Source: Cirrosporium novae-zelandiae (taxonomy: Eukaryota). From it: a stretch of DNA of 64,000 nt. Below the pieces are notes generated by a model. It did not search any database, was not told the origin of the DNA, and saw only the letters and a list, made by a program, of their open reading frames with translations. The position numbers were made by a program, and so were the translations under genes. The DNA lies in assembly GCA_026023565.1 (NCBI GenBank), contig JAPETS010000003.1:124001-188000 (forward strand). Direction: 5' to 3'. Of the stretch, positions 23,688-36,900 are shown one piece after another. How positions within the stretch are numbered: the first letter of the stretch is position 1; each line of letters starts with the position of its first letter.

Positions 23688-26672
23688 CTACCCACCAGGC
23701 ACATACCGATCAATCTGGATCCAACCCTCCGGTTTCCTAGCCTCCCCTCTCTCAACCCTCTCTCTGCGCTCAATCTTTTCCCTCCTGTCATCCCTGATAC
23801 TCGCTGTGCTGAGACGGCGAGAGGTATGACTATCCCTATCTCTATCTCTGTCTCGGTCGCGGCCTCGATCTCGATCTCTATGAGAATTGGAATATCTATC
23901 GTATTTATCACGGTCACGAGTGGTGCTGGTGATGCTGCTTCTTCGATCGCGGTCGTCGGTTCGATCACCCTCCCTTCGGCTGTCACGCCTACCGCTATCT
24001 CGATCGTCTATGATTTCCCCCTGTTCGCGTGTGCTAGCGCTGTTGGGGCGGTGTGCTATTATTGTTGTTGTTGTTGTTGTGGCAGTTGTTGATTTGCGGT
24101 CGTCTTGTTCTCTTTCCTTGTCCCTGCCTCTGTCCCTAGGTTTGTCCTTGTCCTTATCCCGTCGATCCCGTGGCGATTCTACAATCTCGCCCGCTTCGTG
24201 GTCTTTGTCTTTGACAGTGGTGCTCTTGGAAGAACTTGATGGGACGTAGCGGTCATATGATTTTTCAGGGCTGTGAACCTGAGAGCGGGAGTCGTGGCGG
24301 GATTTGTAGGTGCGATCGCGATCTCTGTCTCTATCTCTGGTGTCCCTGTAGCGATCATAATCCTTGTCGCGGTAAGATCTCGAAGTCCGGGATGGACTTC
24401 TACTCCTATGTCTACGGTCTTTTTCCCTGTCCCTTTCACTAGCGTATTCCTTCCTAGAAGATGTGGGCTTTACAAAAGAGGCTCGAGAGCGAGAATGAGA
24501 GTGATCGTGACCGCGATCATGACGGTCATGAGTATCGTCGCGACGACGGGTACGATCTCTCTCGCTGTCGTGGTAGCTGTCGTAGTCTTTTTCGTGATAA
24601 GATCGCGAGGCCCTTGATGGGCTTCCGCTCTTTGCGTGCCTGCTTCTATCCCTATCGCTGGCATATCTCGAAGAGGAAGGCTTTGTATACGGGGCCGGAG
24701 AACGAGACGGATCGCGGTGCTCGCGGCCATGGTGGCGATCACGGCTTCTTTCTGTTCCTCTGACACGATCGTAGTCCTTATCCCGGGCATCATCGCGAGA
24801 GTAGGAATTCCGAGATTGGGAATAGTGTTCGTAGCCTTCACGTCTCCTATCCGTGTCTTTTTCTTTTTCCTTCTCTTTATCCATCACTCGCTCCTTGTCT
24901 TTTTCGCGTTCCGCTTTGTGCTCATGTTCATGACTACGTGTATAGTCATCTTCCAAGACACTCTGGTTAGCAACGGATGGAGGCGGAGGCATCGCTAAAG
25001 GCATAATTCTGATTTTTCCTTTTTCTGGTACCTTTTCCTCTACGTGAGATGGTTTAGCTAGCTGGGAACGTTTAAACTCCTCGGCTTCGGCCTCACGCTT
25101 TTTTCTGGCTTGGGCTTTAAGCAATTCTTCCCGCTCCATTGCCCTTTCGCGCTCTTTCCGCTTGTCGTTCTCATGATCATGATCATGGTGAAGGGGTTCG
25201 GCACGGCTATGGTCATGCGTCTCTGAGGTACGAGTCGCATTTGTATCACGAGTTGGAGAAGGGGACCGGGAGTGATGGTGATGACGAGATTGGGAGGTCG
25301 ATGCCGGGTTGGAAGAAGGTCTGGCGGCGAGATCATGCGAGGAGACGATAGAGCGGTGGCGATGATCCCGGTCTTTATTATCCCTGCTTCTCTCCCCATA
25401 CTTGTCTCGGTCTTTATCTCTGTCCTTATACTCTCTATCTCTCCTGTCTCGACTCCTCTCTCTGCTCCTGGTCTTTCCCCTACCCCTCTTTTCCATTCTC
25501 CTTCTCTCGTTTTCTCTTTCCAGTCTTGCTAGCCTTTCCTCATCTTTTTCTGCCTTTGCAAAATCAAATACTGTCTTGGTTTGTGATTTTGCAGCCAGTT
25601 CCTGGCCTTCTCGTAGAAGCAGAGCAAGTGCGGCTTCTTCAAGAGCCTTTTCGTCGACCGGCTCAGGGGTGCCTGTGGTGGCTAGTGGTTTGGCGGAGGA
25701 AGGGGAGCGCTTTCGGGTTGCTGAGATGGTGGACGTGGCTCTTGGAGAGGGGCGACGAGAGCGGCCAGATGTGCGATCACGGTCTCCAATTTTAGATCGT
25801 AATTCATCTTCTTCACGTCGTTGGCGCTCCTCTTCTTCTCGCTTTCGTTTTCGTTCCTGGCGCTCTTTCTCCCATTGTTCTTCCTCTTTCTTCCTTTCGG
25901 CACGTCTACGCTTCTCTTTCGCTTCCTCTTCAGCTCTTTGCGCCTCTCTCTCTTTGCGCTCCTGTTCCAGTCGTCTTCTTTTCTCCTCCGCCTTGATTTT
26001 TGCTTTTTCCTCTGCAATCTGCCTTTCTAGTTCATTCCTCCTGAGCCTAATTTTATCTCTTTCACTTTTCCTCGCTTGGCTCTCTCTTTCATAATCCGCA
26101 TCAGTTTTATTCCCCGTTCTTTCTTCCTCGGTAGCAATTTCGTCGCCTACTTCGGCACGTCGGAGTTCTCGTATGGCGTCAAGCGCATTTCCAAGATGGG
26201 CATCTAGCAGTGCTTCAATGTCGGCTCCGACAGTTTTGTAAATAGCGCTGCGATCGACGGCACCTTCAATTAGGGTGGCCGCTTTGCCGCGTTCACGAGA
26301 AAGAAGTGAGGGTTGCCGATCAATCTCAGATTCGGCAAGGTCAGTCAGAGAAGTCTTAAACTGTTCTTTAGCATCCTAGATATTAAAACATAATTATTAG
26401 TTTAGCTCATCGCAAATCTATGCACCCTTTCGCCGGCAATGTGCATGTGATAGAAATGTAGACGGGACACCAACACTTTGTTCATATGTTTTCCATACTT
26501 CCTTCCGGATATTATCAAAACCCCCCTGTTTCTTATAGGTATGAAGTAAATTGCTAATGGCAGATCTTTGTGCTGCAGTAAGTGGGAGGTCCGAGGTCTT
26601 GAGCTTCTTGCGGGGGCGCGCTGGAGCAGCTGGGGGAATAGATTCTGGGTGAGGATGCTCAACTGGAGCCAT
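23688..26672 (-). CDS. COMPASS Shg1/BOD1-domain protein with coiled coil and long Arg/Asp-rich tail (about 960 aa), 2 exons
   Basis: YKKQGGFDNIRKEVW...LLSRERGKAATLIEGAVDRS (Shg1/BOD1 signature); intron 26376-26474; hand translation shows exon 2 open from 26375 into ORF 23688-25496. Confidence 0.82.
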
Positions 26673-27094
26673 AATTAGTTACAGTTGCATACGATAATCT
26701 GTATTCAAGAAATTCAAAAGACTTTGACAAGATACATGAAATTATGAATTCAAGAAAGTTCGCGATGGTGAAGTAAGTAGATAGCTTTACAGGTGAACAA
26801 GGATCCTTAGAAAGGAAACTCGGCAAACGCGACGTTTCGGCCGAACCATTTCTCCAGCTTCCAGACCCCGACAACTACATCGGTTTCCTCCGGACAGTCA
26901 AGACCAGAGTCTCATTCCCAAAATATTCCCGTATCCTTCCTCCAATTGACCAAACACCCAGTATAAACTTCAAGCGATACTCTATAATCTCAATATTTTC
27001 CCGCTCAGGCTACTGAGCACGCCGAATTGGATTCCTCTGCTATCATAGCAGCTGTGCAATACTCCACTCTCCACTCCAATCAATCTGGTTCAAT

Positions 27095-27469
27095 ATGGTC
27101 GGAAAAGTCCTCTTCTGGAGTGGCTTCGGTGCGTGATATTCCCCTCTATGTTTCCAGAATTGGATATACAGGTCGTGGGGGCTAATACCGGAATAAATTC
27201 CTACAGGCCTCGCAGTCCGTATGTGGCAACTCGGCCTCGAAATGCGCCCCCTCTTCAACCGTGAATCCCTCTGGGTATGGCCCGTCTTCGCCGCCGCAGG
27301 AGGCTCCTTCGGCTACTGGCTTCAGGGCGTGGAAGCCCGGCAAATAAGAATCTTAAGTGACCGTAAAGATGCACTGTTAGAGAAACGGAGGAGAAGGGCC
27401 GAAAGGGAAGGGAAGCCTGTTAAGCTTGATAAAGTTGAGGAGGGAGCTGTTTTAGCAAGCACGTCATGA
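27095..27469 (+). CDS. NADH:ubiquinone oxidoreductase accessory subunit (NDUFC2/B14.5b-like), 2 exons
   Basis: MVGKVLFWSGFG|LAVRMWQLGLEMRPLFNRESLWVWPVFAAAGGSFGYWLQGVE; intron 27129-27206. Confidence 0.82.
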
Positions 27470-28031
27470 AACAAAAGTTGAATATATGATTAGTGTTAGA
27501 ACCATGAGATCGGTCAGAATGAAGGTGGGTGGGGAACTAAGATTCCAAGAAGAGATGGCGGGCGAGACCAGATGAATTTTGTACAGCATTTCTTATCAAT
27601 GAACGACATGTCCAAGCTTATTCTGATTATGTCTCGAATGCTCCCCTTTGAATCGTTAAAACATAAAAGCCCATTCATTGATATTCAGCCCTCGTCATTA
27701 CTATATCTCCAATTCTGACCCCTTAACCCCCCTATTTACTCACCTACTAACTTCCACATGTCATATCATAAAACCCAATCATAGCAGTTACTCTCGTATG
27801 TTCCTCATCCCTACAAAAACACGCGTTTGTTTTCATTTCTCAGTCGAGGGGTTGGACACAGGTAATCGAATATGTCATCAAGATGAACTGGAGTTGATCA
27901 ACGGATGGTTGTTTAGAATATCCTGACATTTATCTCTTTTATTTAACCTAATATCTCCCATAAAAGCTCTCCCTTACGCCCCCCTAGCTCCCCTAACTAA
28001 AAAAAAAAACAATCTAATCATTAAAAAGTAC

Positions 28032-28473
28032 AAAAAGTTCAGATATCCACCCCCCAGAGTCTGAGTTATTGGTGATAATCTTATGAAAACCCCACCTCAG
28101 GCCTGCTCATCCTGAGAGGGATTGTTCGTCCTCCCCCCTGTCGACATCCTCCGACGGTCATGTTGATTGTCGATGGTGGTCGATGGTTGGTTGGTGGTTC
28201 CGCCGTTTGGTGGGTGGTTCCGCCGTTTGGTAATCGCAGGTAATCGCAGGTAATCGTTCGTTCGTTCGGTCGTCGGGACGGTCGTAACCGTAAGGTCGAA
28301 TTCGGAGGATGTCGTCTGGATCGAAATTGGTGTATTTCGTTTTGGTTGACATGAATCGGATTCGAACTCACGGGTTGTCGTCTGGCAGTACGTCGCCGGC
28401 GTCCTGTACTGAACGGTTTACCGTTGAGCCATTGGTCTCTCGTTAGATAGCTTACCCAAATTCTAATATATTA
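28032..28473 (-). ncRNA. candidate Pol III (type-2 promoter) structured ncRNA or tRNA-derived SINE
   Basis: TATA-like TAATATATTA 28473-28464, A box TGGCTCAACGG 28431-28421, B box AGTTCGAATCC 28368-28358, 13-bp perfect stem, T4 at 28089-28086 and T5 at 28036-28032; no tRNA cloverleaf. Confidence 0.55.
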
Positions 28474-29114
28474 AGGGCCTCTGGATTCCTGTTCTAGCTG
28501 CTGGGGTCTCTTAGAGGGAGTAGGACTCTTGATTCCCTTCTCGGTCATACCCATATCTCCCTAGTGCTCATCACCTCTAGGCTTCTCGTTGTATCTCCTA
28601 CAACTCCTCTCATCTCAACAGTCTCCTCTCAAACCTGACCTCACCGCCCCCCCTCACCGTCCCCCTCTTCTCCTCACATCAACACCACCCTCTCCTAACC
28701 GACCGAGATATCTTCACGTTCCATCCCCACCCCCCCCTATTGAACCCACTAGCATCCCACCCCTTACCAAGCTTCTCATATCACATCCAAAAGAAAGGCA
28801 AAGGATATACATCTCCACAACTCTTCTCACCTTCTACTTACTAACGTTATCTTAGGTAAGTCTTCCCTTTTCTCATTTAACCCAAAGGTATCCAACCACC
28901 TACCTCATCCCTTACTCACCACTCACTCACCACTCACCCAACACCCACACCCACACACTTCTTCTCCTTCTCTTCACAATAATCCAAACCCACCCACCCA
29001 GCCATCATGATCCTCATCCTCATCCTCATCTTCCTTTCCAGTGTCACCAAACCAAACTTTATCTAAAGGGAATAAGGTATCCCTAACTTCAATTATTACA
29101 AACTTGAAGGGAGG

Positions 29115-29117
<3 letters not shown>

Positions 29118-29162
<45 letters not shown>
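29118..29162. repeat. (GA)n microsatellite, about 22 units
   Basis: directly visible. Confidence 0.9.
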
Positions 29163-29166
<4 letters not shown>

Positions 29167-29888
29167 AAAGAAAGTAAGGTAGGTAAGCACCTTTGTCATC
29201 TGACCGATCAACCAACTAACAAACTGACTAACTAGTATTAGAAACCAAGCGAGAGTTTACTTACTTCTTTTACTTTCGTATTCAACCCATATACCCTAAT
29301 ACCCTAATACTGGATGAAAGATGTAGGAAAGAATATACCTTAGTAGGCTTGATATGATAATAAATGCTAGCACCTAACCTTATACATAAACAATCTTCAA
29401 ATCATAGAACTATTTTTTTTCTTTCCCGATTAATACCCACCAAGATAGATCTCAACAACATACAATCAAAGTTCTTAATTCCTTCCTCAATGAGTCTCAC
29501 GCACGAACACAGACATCATGACTACATTCGTATTCGTGTTCGTACTCGAGTTTATGATACTACAGGTGGCCCATTGATATGCATGTTCCTTGTTGGTTGT
29601 AGATAAGGAGCGAAAGTATGAGTTGAAGATAATGGGGCGAGGCAAATTGTTAGTAGCAATGAATAATGTATTTGGTATTTTTTCTTTAATCAAACACAAG
29701 CCTCGCGACCTTCGCTATATGCCATCTTCAGCATCTTCAGTTTTACAAAAAATAAATGTAACCCTCCCCCGGAACACCTCATTCCCAGAATTTGAGACAT
29801 GACTGGTCCAATGCCCCGTCCATGAACGCTGTAAAAGCAAATAGATATTGTAACATGATATACCACCCGTTAACTAGAAACCAAGGAC

Positions 29889-30991
29889 TCAATAATTAGC
29901 CAGGCCATAACCTGAGGTTCTGTGCATGCTCGGAGTGTATTCCGATGCTGAGCCATCGTTATACACTGTGGCCCTTCTATTGTCGTCTTCTCCTGCGTCT
30001 TTGACCTCCCAGTTGTTGACCTTCGTGCCCACGCTAAATTCGAGATCTTCCCTCGTGATCGAGTCCCAGTACTAAGAAACCATGTTAGTAAATATCTACA
30101 AAGAGAGGCGTGGAAATCTTACTTTATAAACCATCATCACTGCCAGTAGATTGCAGATGGTCGCGAAAAAGAGGCCGTCGAGATAGTGGGAGAGTGAAAT
30201 ACAGAGAGTTGTGTTGAGTGCATATAGAATGACCTGGCCCATCACGAAAAAGAAAACACCAAAGGCAATATCTCCTAGTGGCCATCGATCTTGGAGCGTA
30301 TTCACAACCAGGATGATCTGCATCACCACGTAGACGAAAATGCAAATGGCATTGATAATGTAGGTAACCACGAATAATCCCAGGGTATTAGTCGGTCCTA
30401 ATCCAGCCCAGCCCTTGAACGTCAATAGAGATACGGCACCAGAAACAAGGAACATGCTCGTCGAGGCCAGTCGCTCAAGCCAAACTGATAGACTTGTGCC
30501 ATCCTCGTAGAGCTGGAATCCAACGAAACCATTGATAAGCAGGCAAGTGCACAGGGCGCTGGTGAGTCCATTTTGAATAGCTACAAAATATGAATATGCG
30601 CCTTCGCCTGGAAGTATAACGCCAGCATCGAGGAGAAGCGATACGAGGGTAAGGAGCATATATAGGTAAAAGAAAGAGGTGATTTCTTTTCGACCTAAAA
30701 ATAGAAATTTGATTCAGCATATCTTCATGCAGAATCAGATGACCTGAACATACCGACGGCAGTAAACTTTGAGCGGACATGTATTATCATAATCACTGTC
30801 ATTCCCAGGGCCATTAAATGTATAACGTCGGTGGCAGTTTGAAATAGGATAGTGTTGGCGACCTCAATACTTCGTGCATAACAATCAGGCTGGATGCCAG
30901 TCCCGCCGGTGATGGGGGAATCTCCTCCGACGAGAGCACATAAAGGCAACGAAGATTGTTGGCATATTGTATCAAAGTCCCCAAAACCCAT
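29889..30991 (-). CDS. CHS7: chitin synthase export chaperone Chs7, 3 exons
   Basis: [18 protein letters not shown]...[14 protein letters not shown]...[13 protein letters not shown]...[36 protein letters not shown]; introns 30695-30753 and 30072-30122. Confidence 0.95.
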
Positions 30992-33900
30992 CTTGCTGTC
31001 GCCGTCGCCGCCGTTGGGCAAACACCTTGTGAGAGGAAGGGAGTATGGTTTGATGCGACTGCTGTTTGGCGTCCTAGGGGACTATTCGACTCCGATGACA
31101 ACCAAGGAATGACCTTTGCGAGCGATTCCTGGTATAAGGTTCCTGACCTGGTTTCAACGAGGGAGTAATTTCGCGACCTCGAAGGAACGAGTGTTTGGAT
31201 ATTCTCCGTCAAGGCGGATACAAAAAAATAAAACGAAAGTGTAGGTGCCGTGGCTGTGTATACTGTCGTGACTGGTGTAGGTTAAGTGTTGTGGTTTCAA
31301 GCCTGGGGCAACCAAAGTAACCTGTTACCAATACGAAGGGTACGGTACATGGTACATGGAATAGCCGGAATCATCGGAACAATCGGAAGAATCAGCGATT
31401 TTCCCCGCCACGCTAACACCCAATAGAGAGTAATGTCCTCGACAAAAGCCCTAAAGCCTTATTTTAGTAAAATAGAAGCCCTAGAGAAGTTCTTCGCTGA
31501 TATCATACTCTCCTCCGTCCATTGGTGAAAAGTCTACAAAGTCACAGTACTCGAGGACAAACCCCGTGACCGTCTAGCCATGTGCGTACTTTGCAATGTG
31601 TAAAGTGTAAACTATAAGTCTATGACCCGTAATTTGACTTCACCCTTTCTAGAGACACAAAAGGCTTTCAGCCTCGACAAAATCCAATCACACAAATGGA
31701 TTCGACACCCTGTCAATCGGCCAAGGAAATTTGATTACTCTGACGTTTATCATTTTCCTAATGGTTTCCAGAGCCGGTGGGAGAGAATGCAACACCAATA
31801 ATGACATCGACCGCAGGTAAATTGAAAAGTGATCAGATACGAAATAGCGCTAAGTACTCCCCTTCTAATTTCAATTTTCCAGCATTGATCCTATTTGATC
31901 CTTCTACTCCCGTCCGTCCTCGCACCACCTAACAACCGTGCGCCAGACATTCGATACCCATCCCGACAAAAGAAAAACATACAGACGCGTTGCATTTCAT
32001 CATATCCTTCTCAATCCAGCCAAAATCAAACATCCGAAGCACTCTCGGTGTCGTAAGAACGACAACTCCGGGCAAAGAAAATCGCACCAGCGACATGTTA
32101 TCGCCTTTTATCCTTGCATAGACACGCCGCATATCCGACATCTTACGTTCCATCATCCCTAGGACCAAAGGTTCCGACCTAGAGATAGCAAAGTCGAAAT
32201 AGTTTCTTGGGATACAATGTCAAGTCAAGCCATGTCGTCAAATATAACAATGGATGGCGGTGATGGGGGGAGACGGTATAGGCAATGGTTGCAGCAGGCA
32301 AGATACCCCTCAATGATCATGAACCTGATATGATTAGTAAACCGTCATTAAGAAGAGGTGGCTAGAATCTACCAAAGAGCTGCCCTATTCCATATTTCAT
32401 ATCATCTTGTGCCCGTGCACATAGGGCATTGTCCGGGTTCCACAATGTACCGTTCGTGTGGCCCCCTCGAGCATACACTACTCCTGTCACCCTCCGTCAC
32501 AACCCTGAAGAAATGAACCGACGGGTTATGGCAGCCATCATAGATGTAGTAATTCTTGTAGTATTCACACATGGTGGAAGATAAGCTATAGTCCAGCTAT
32601 AGTGGTGAACAAAAACTTGGGATCTAGAAGGAACATTAGCCATGTAGAGATGATGATAGCCAGCTAGTTACTCACAACGACTTGGACGATGAAGACAGCG
32701 CTCGCCAGGTAAGTTTGGGGTTGAGGGTAAAAGATCACAAGCTCATCGAACCGGCGATGATAATAAGTATTAACAAGGACAGTTCTGTTGATCCAGTGGG
32801 ACTTCACCGTGGTCTTGTAGTTCAATGGCCCCTTGCATTTTGACTACATGGCATGGTATTTAAAGGGTAGGCCCTGCAGGGTGATGAGGAGCTCGGGGAT
32901 GGTTGTAAAAAGAAGAAATAGGAAGGAGGAGCTCTGATAAGAAGCGAATCCCAGATTGTTGGAAGCAACGCCCAAGCACCTCGCAACCAGGCGGGGCCCA
33001 TGTTCCCATTAGAAGTTTGTGGGATCAGGAGAATAGGTTTGGATATGAATGTGATGCACAAGTTTCATTGGCATGGTCGTTAGGAAGAAATCCCAACGAT
33101 TCATCGTTGACCAGAAGGGGGTGGGTCTAAACCCTGAAAATCGACGATGAACTAACATCTCTCTGCTTGTTCAGGCATATCCGGAAACACAGTTCCAGCC
33201 CAAAGATGAGAGACGTCGTGTCTTTTGTCAATGTCTGTTCGCACGGAGATAACTTCTCTTTGGTCGCAAAGGCCCGAGCAAGTTTCACCTATCGTCTGAA
33301 TTGTAAGTTACGACTTTTTGGAAATTGTATTGTTGTTCGCTTTGGCCATGACTTCATTTCTTTTGGCTTTTGGGGAGACGAGACTGAGTTTGCAATGATC
33401 GGCCCAGCCTGGGTCTTTGGGTTAGGGAGCGCGTTAGGAGAGTTAGCATCTGATCGACTACTGTACTGGAGTATTGTTTGGGGGGAATAAAAACTTCAGG
33501 AACTTCGGGCTTTCAACGGTTTCCTACTCGTTAAAAAGGATGGACAGGAGGTCCTGGTCACACAAGCCTGATAGGGATCTTATAGAGGTCAGTGCGATGA
33601 TTGAGAAGCTTCCATCAACTTATCAGTTCTACTGAGTACTCGACGAGTATTTTGTTAAATGCATATTTACCCATGTTATGTCACCCGGCATCAAGCGACG
33701 ATGCCGTGTCGCCCGTACATACATACAGCAGATGGATTCCGTGAAGATATTCAAACGCTTGGACAGGGAATCATTCCATCATTTTATAATACTAACCCTT
33801 TTGAGCATACCCCCAAGGCTTTAGATCCTGGTTGCCACGGTCCGAGCTGCAACTTGACCACGAACACCCTTGAAGGCCTGTCGAGAAGATCATCGAGATA

Positions 33901-36900
33901 CCGATACACAATTCTTTTTTTGTTTTTTGTTTTGTTGAAATTTTCCCCCCCAAGTAGACGGTGCCGTTCCGCCTTTGTCCCGCGATAGCTTGGTGAAACG
34001 TTCCTAACTTTACTGAGCAGCTACGATGTACGTCACTCGTTGTTAACATTGTCAGCTCGGTCCGCCCCCAAGGGATCACTTTGGTTATTGTTAGCATTGT
34101 TGGCTGTAACTCGATCCCTCCGTATTCCCGAACTTCTTCGGTAGTCCAAAATAATGACCTTTGAACTTTGACCTATTCCTGTAGTGCTAAGCAACCACAT
34201 CACAGGCAAATGAGCTTCACAGTAGGAACCATTGCTGTGTTGGACGAATAACTTAGTCCCCCCCCTCAACCAACACTATTTCACCGCGCACGGATCTTGA
34301 ACCATCCACTCACCATTGATCAGTGTCGCCTTGTTTTGTGTTGGTGCGTAAACACATGCGAATACCTTGTCTTCCAGTTGGGTCCCGGATATTCCATATC
34401 TAGACATCAGCCAAATATATCATAAACAGACAAATAATACCGCCGATTTTCAAAACTATTAGGGGCCATCACTTTGGAAATTCCGAGGCGGGGCAGGCCG
34501 GTAGCTAGCTATCAGTACATGGCTCCAATCCGCCTTAGCACACGTTGCACAATCAAGATGCTGATATATCTGAGATATTATTTTGCCTGCAGTTATTGTG
34601 CCCTGTTACTCTGAAGAATATCCTAGCAAGGGATCAAAAACGAAAATTAGTAAAGAAACAATTATTAGGAACCATGCAATGCAAAGCCGACCAATGTCAA
34701 AAGGTGTAATATGTTATAGGAGTGGCGTTAGATAGCCCGATAAGTATAGATACAGATATAGATATTATCTTCAGCTTTGTAAATACATTTCGAGTATGAC
34801 TACAGCCGACGCCCATCGCGACGGGCCGCATTGATCGTCTCTTCGGGATCATCGATGTTAAATTTGGTGCAACATTTCTAGAACACTTCTGCTAGGGGAA
34901 ACCCTGAGTCGGGTACATTCTGCTACATCCTCAGCATCACAATTTTGACCATCGTCTTCAGAAGGCCGTGCTCTCTCTTGGCTCATAGTTGCAGCAATCG
35001 TGTCATTTTAAACCCTAGATAGCTTTTATTATCATCACAAGGGCGTTATCTTAGTTCATGCGGACAACTTTGATGCGCGAGACTGAGGAGACGGCAAATT
35101 CGAGCTGGCCAGTAAGGTCTTCTTAGAGCAATTAACAGTACAGAGGACTTCTCAAATAACTCGGGGGTGCTTAGAGCCATCAGTTTGTTCTTTGCAGCCA
35201 TTACCATCTAATATTCTCTCAATTTTTCTGTAGTCTCCATGAAGGCTCTCTACGCCCAGACACAATAAATTCACAAGAGCATTCACCAAAGTAGGCATTC
35301 TCGGAAGACTAGAGTTAAACAACCTCAGAAACTGGTATCATGTTTAGTAGACGATATCGCCACGATATTGCTAAAGAAAGAACAAAAGGCCATTGGTTTT
35401 TAGTTCCTTGTTATCATGTTCTTCCTTGTTAACCTCAATTGTAAGTTGCATACGATGTTATACGATCATTCGGCGTGTTCGATGGACAACATAGATTCGT
35501 AATAGAGCAATCTACAGCTTCGAGCCGACCGTCATCAACGGAAACACGAAAATCCGGATTGAAGTGAAACGCTCTTATCTGTCGTGACACGCTGTAAAAT
35601 ATTGAGAAAGCATAGTCTCTAGCAACTGCTGCGTAACGAAATAGCATGAAGGCGTCGTGGTCTCGCATGTTGATGTGTTACGTTATCCGCATATGGCAAC
35701 CTCGTAAGATGGCCAAAGAGGGTTTTTGCAAGCGTGTGGAGCTCGGTATAGAATCTGATATCGTGAAAAGCTCTGCTCGATGAAGCATCAACATCCGTCT
35801 GTGTGCCTTGCCCTAGATGGCAGGCTGTATAGAGGTCAGCGTCTGTCACTATCATCAACATTAGCAAAAGAGCTAAAAATGGGGGTTAATACGCCAATCC
35901 CGATCTACTCATAAGGATTACTACTTGTAGAAGGTCAAAGAGGTGTAAAGTGCATTTTCTGGTGTTTCTGGTTTAAATGTCTGTTTTTGGCTGGAAAGTG
36001 CTTTGGTAATGTGGCTATGCTTATATGAAGCAACCGGTTGCAACATCATAATTACCGCTGGGATTGCCTTAAAGTTTAACGGCTATATCACGGAAGGAGA
36101 AATTGGGCACCAGCGTGTTATATACCTTTATAGGTAGCCTGATGAATTCCTATACGTCCCTCGTCTTGTGGGGGTAGAAGCTGAGATATGAAACCAGATA
36201 CAATCATAATAAGGTGTCTTGGGGTTTCCAAGCCAAGGGCCAAGGCTCAAGGGTTAAGTATTTCAGAATGCCGGCATTGGACATTAAGAAAGATGATGCT
36301 TGATAAATAAAACGTGCTAACAAGGATTGAGGATGATCAGTAGGGTTGGAGTCACAATCTCACTGCTGCTAATTACCTAAGTACCTAATTATGACTTTTG
36401 GGAAAGACTGTGTATGTGGAAATAGACGCAATAGGCGTAATAAGCGCAATAGACGCAGCAAACAGGACAAGCAAAGCTGTGGTAGTTAATTAGGCGACAA
36501 ACGCTAATGTTACTTCGTGCCTTAGGCATAACTATACCGAAACGGCTTCGCAACTTTATAGATATGTCAACACTCAAGTAGAGAAAACAAATTCTTTAAA
36601 TCACGAGAGCTGCTACTTTACTAATCCCTGCTTTGCTATTTATCCGAATCTCCATGGATGCTACCTTTCTCTTTCTAGGGAAAGGCGCACTATGTACTTC
36701 TGATACCTATTTCCAATAACTTAGTCCTCAAAACATACATGTATTTTAACTATCATTATTCTTCGACTCAACACACAGGAAGGTTCAACGTATAAACAAT
36801 CGTGCTAATTCCATCAAAAAAAGGTATATAGAGCAGTATTATAACCTTCATAGCTGGATGTTGTATTGAGCTAATGCAGCCATCACGGTATTTGAGATGG

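Noticed and set aside
23826..26094. Numerous plus-strand ORFs (Ser/Leu-rich)
   Set aside because: Antisense shadows of the low-complexity Shg1-domain CDS
28345..28440. tRNA gene
   Set aside because: A and B boxes are present, but the D stem (GCTC lacks a GAGC partner), T stem (GTGAG versus CCGAT) and acceptor stem do not pair
33125..33430. Telomerase RNA template candidates (CTAAACCCT on plus, CCCTAACCC on minus)
   Set aside because: 9-mers are expected by chance, neither is the TAACCCTAA permutation I recall for filamentous-fungal templates, and I could not identify a pseudoknot or CR4/5
34170..34235. snR30/U17-like m1/m2 motifs (TATTCCTG..GAACCAT)
   Set aside because: Both are imperfect, they simply pair with each other, and there is no correctly placed ACA box
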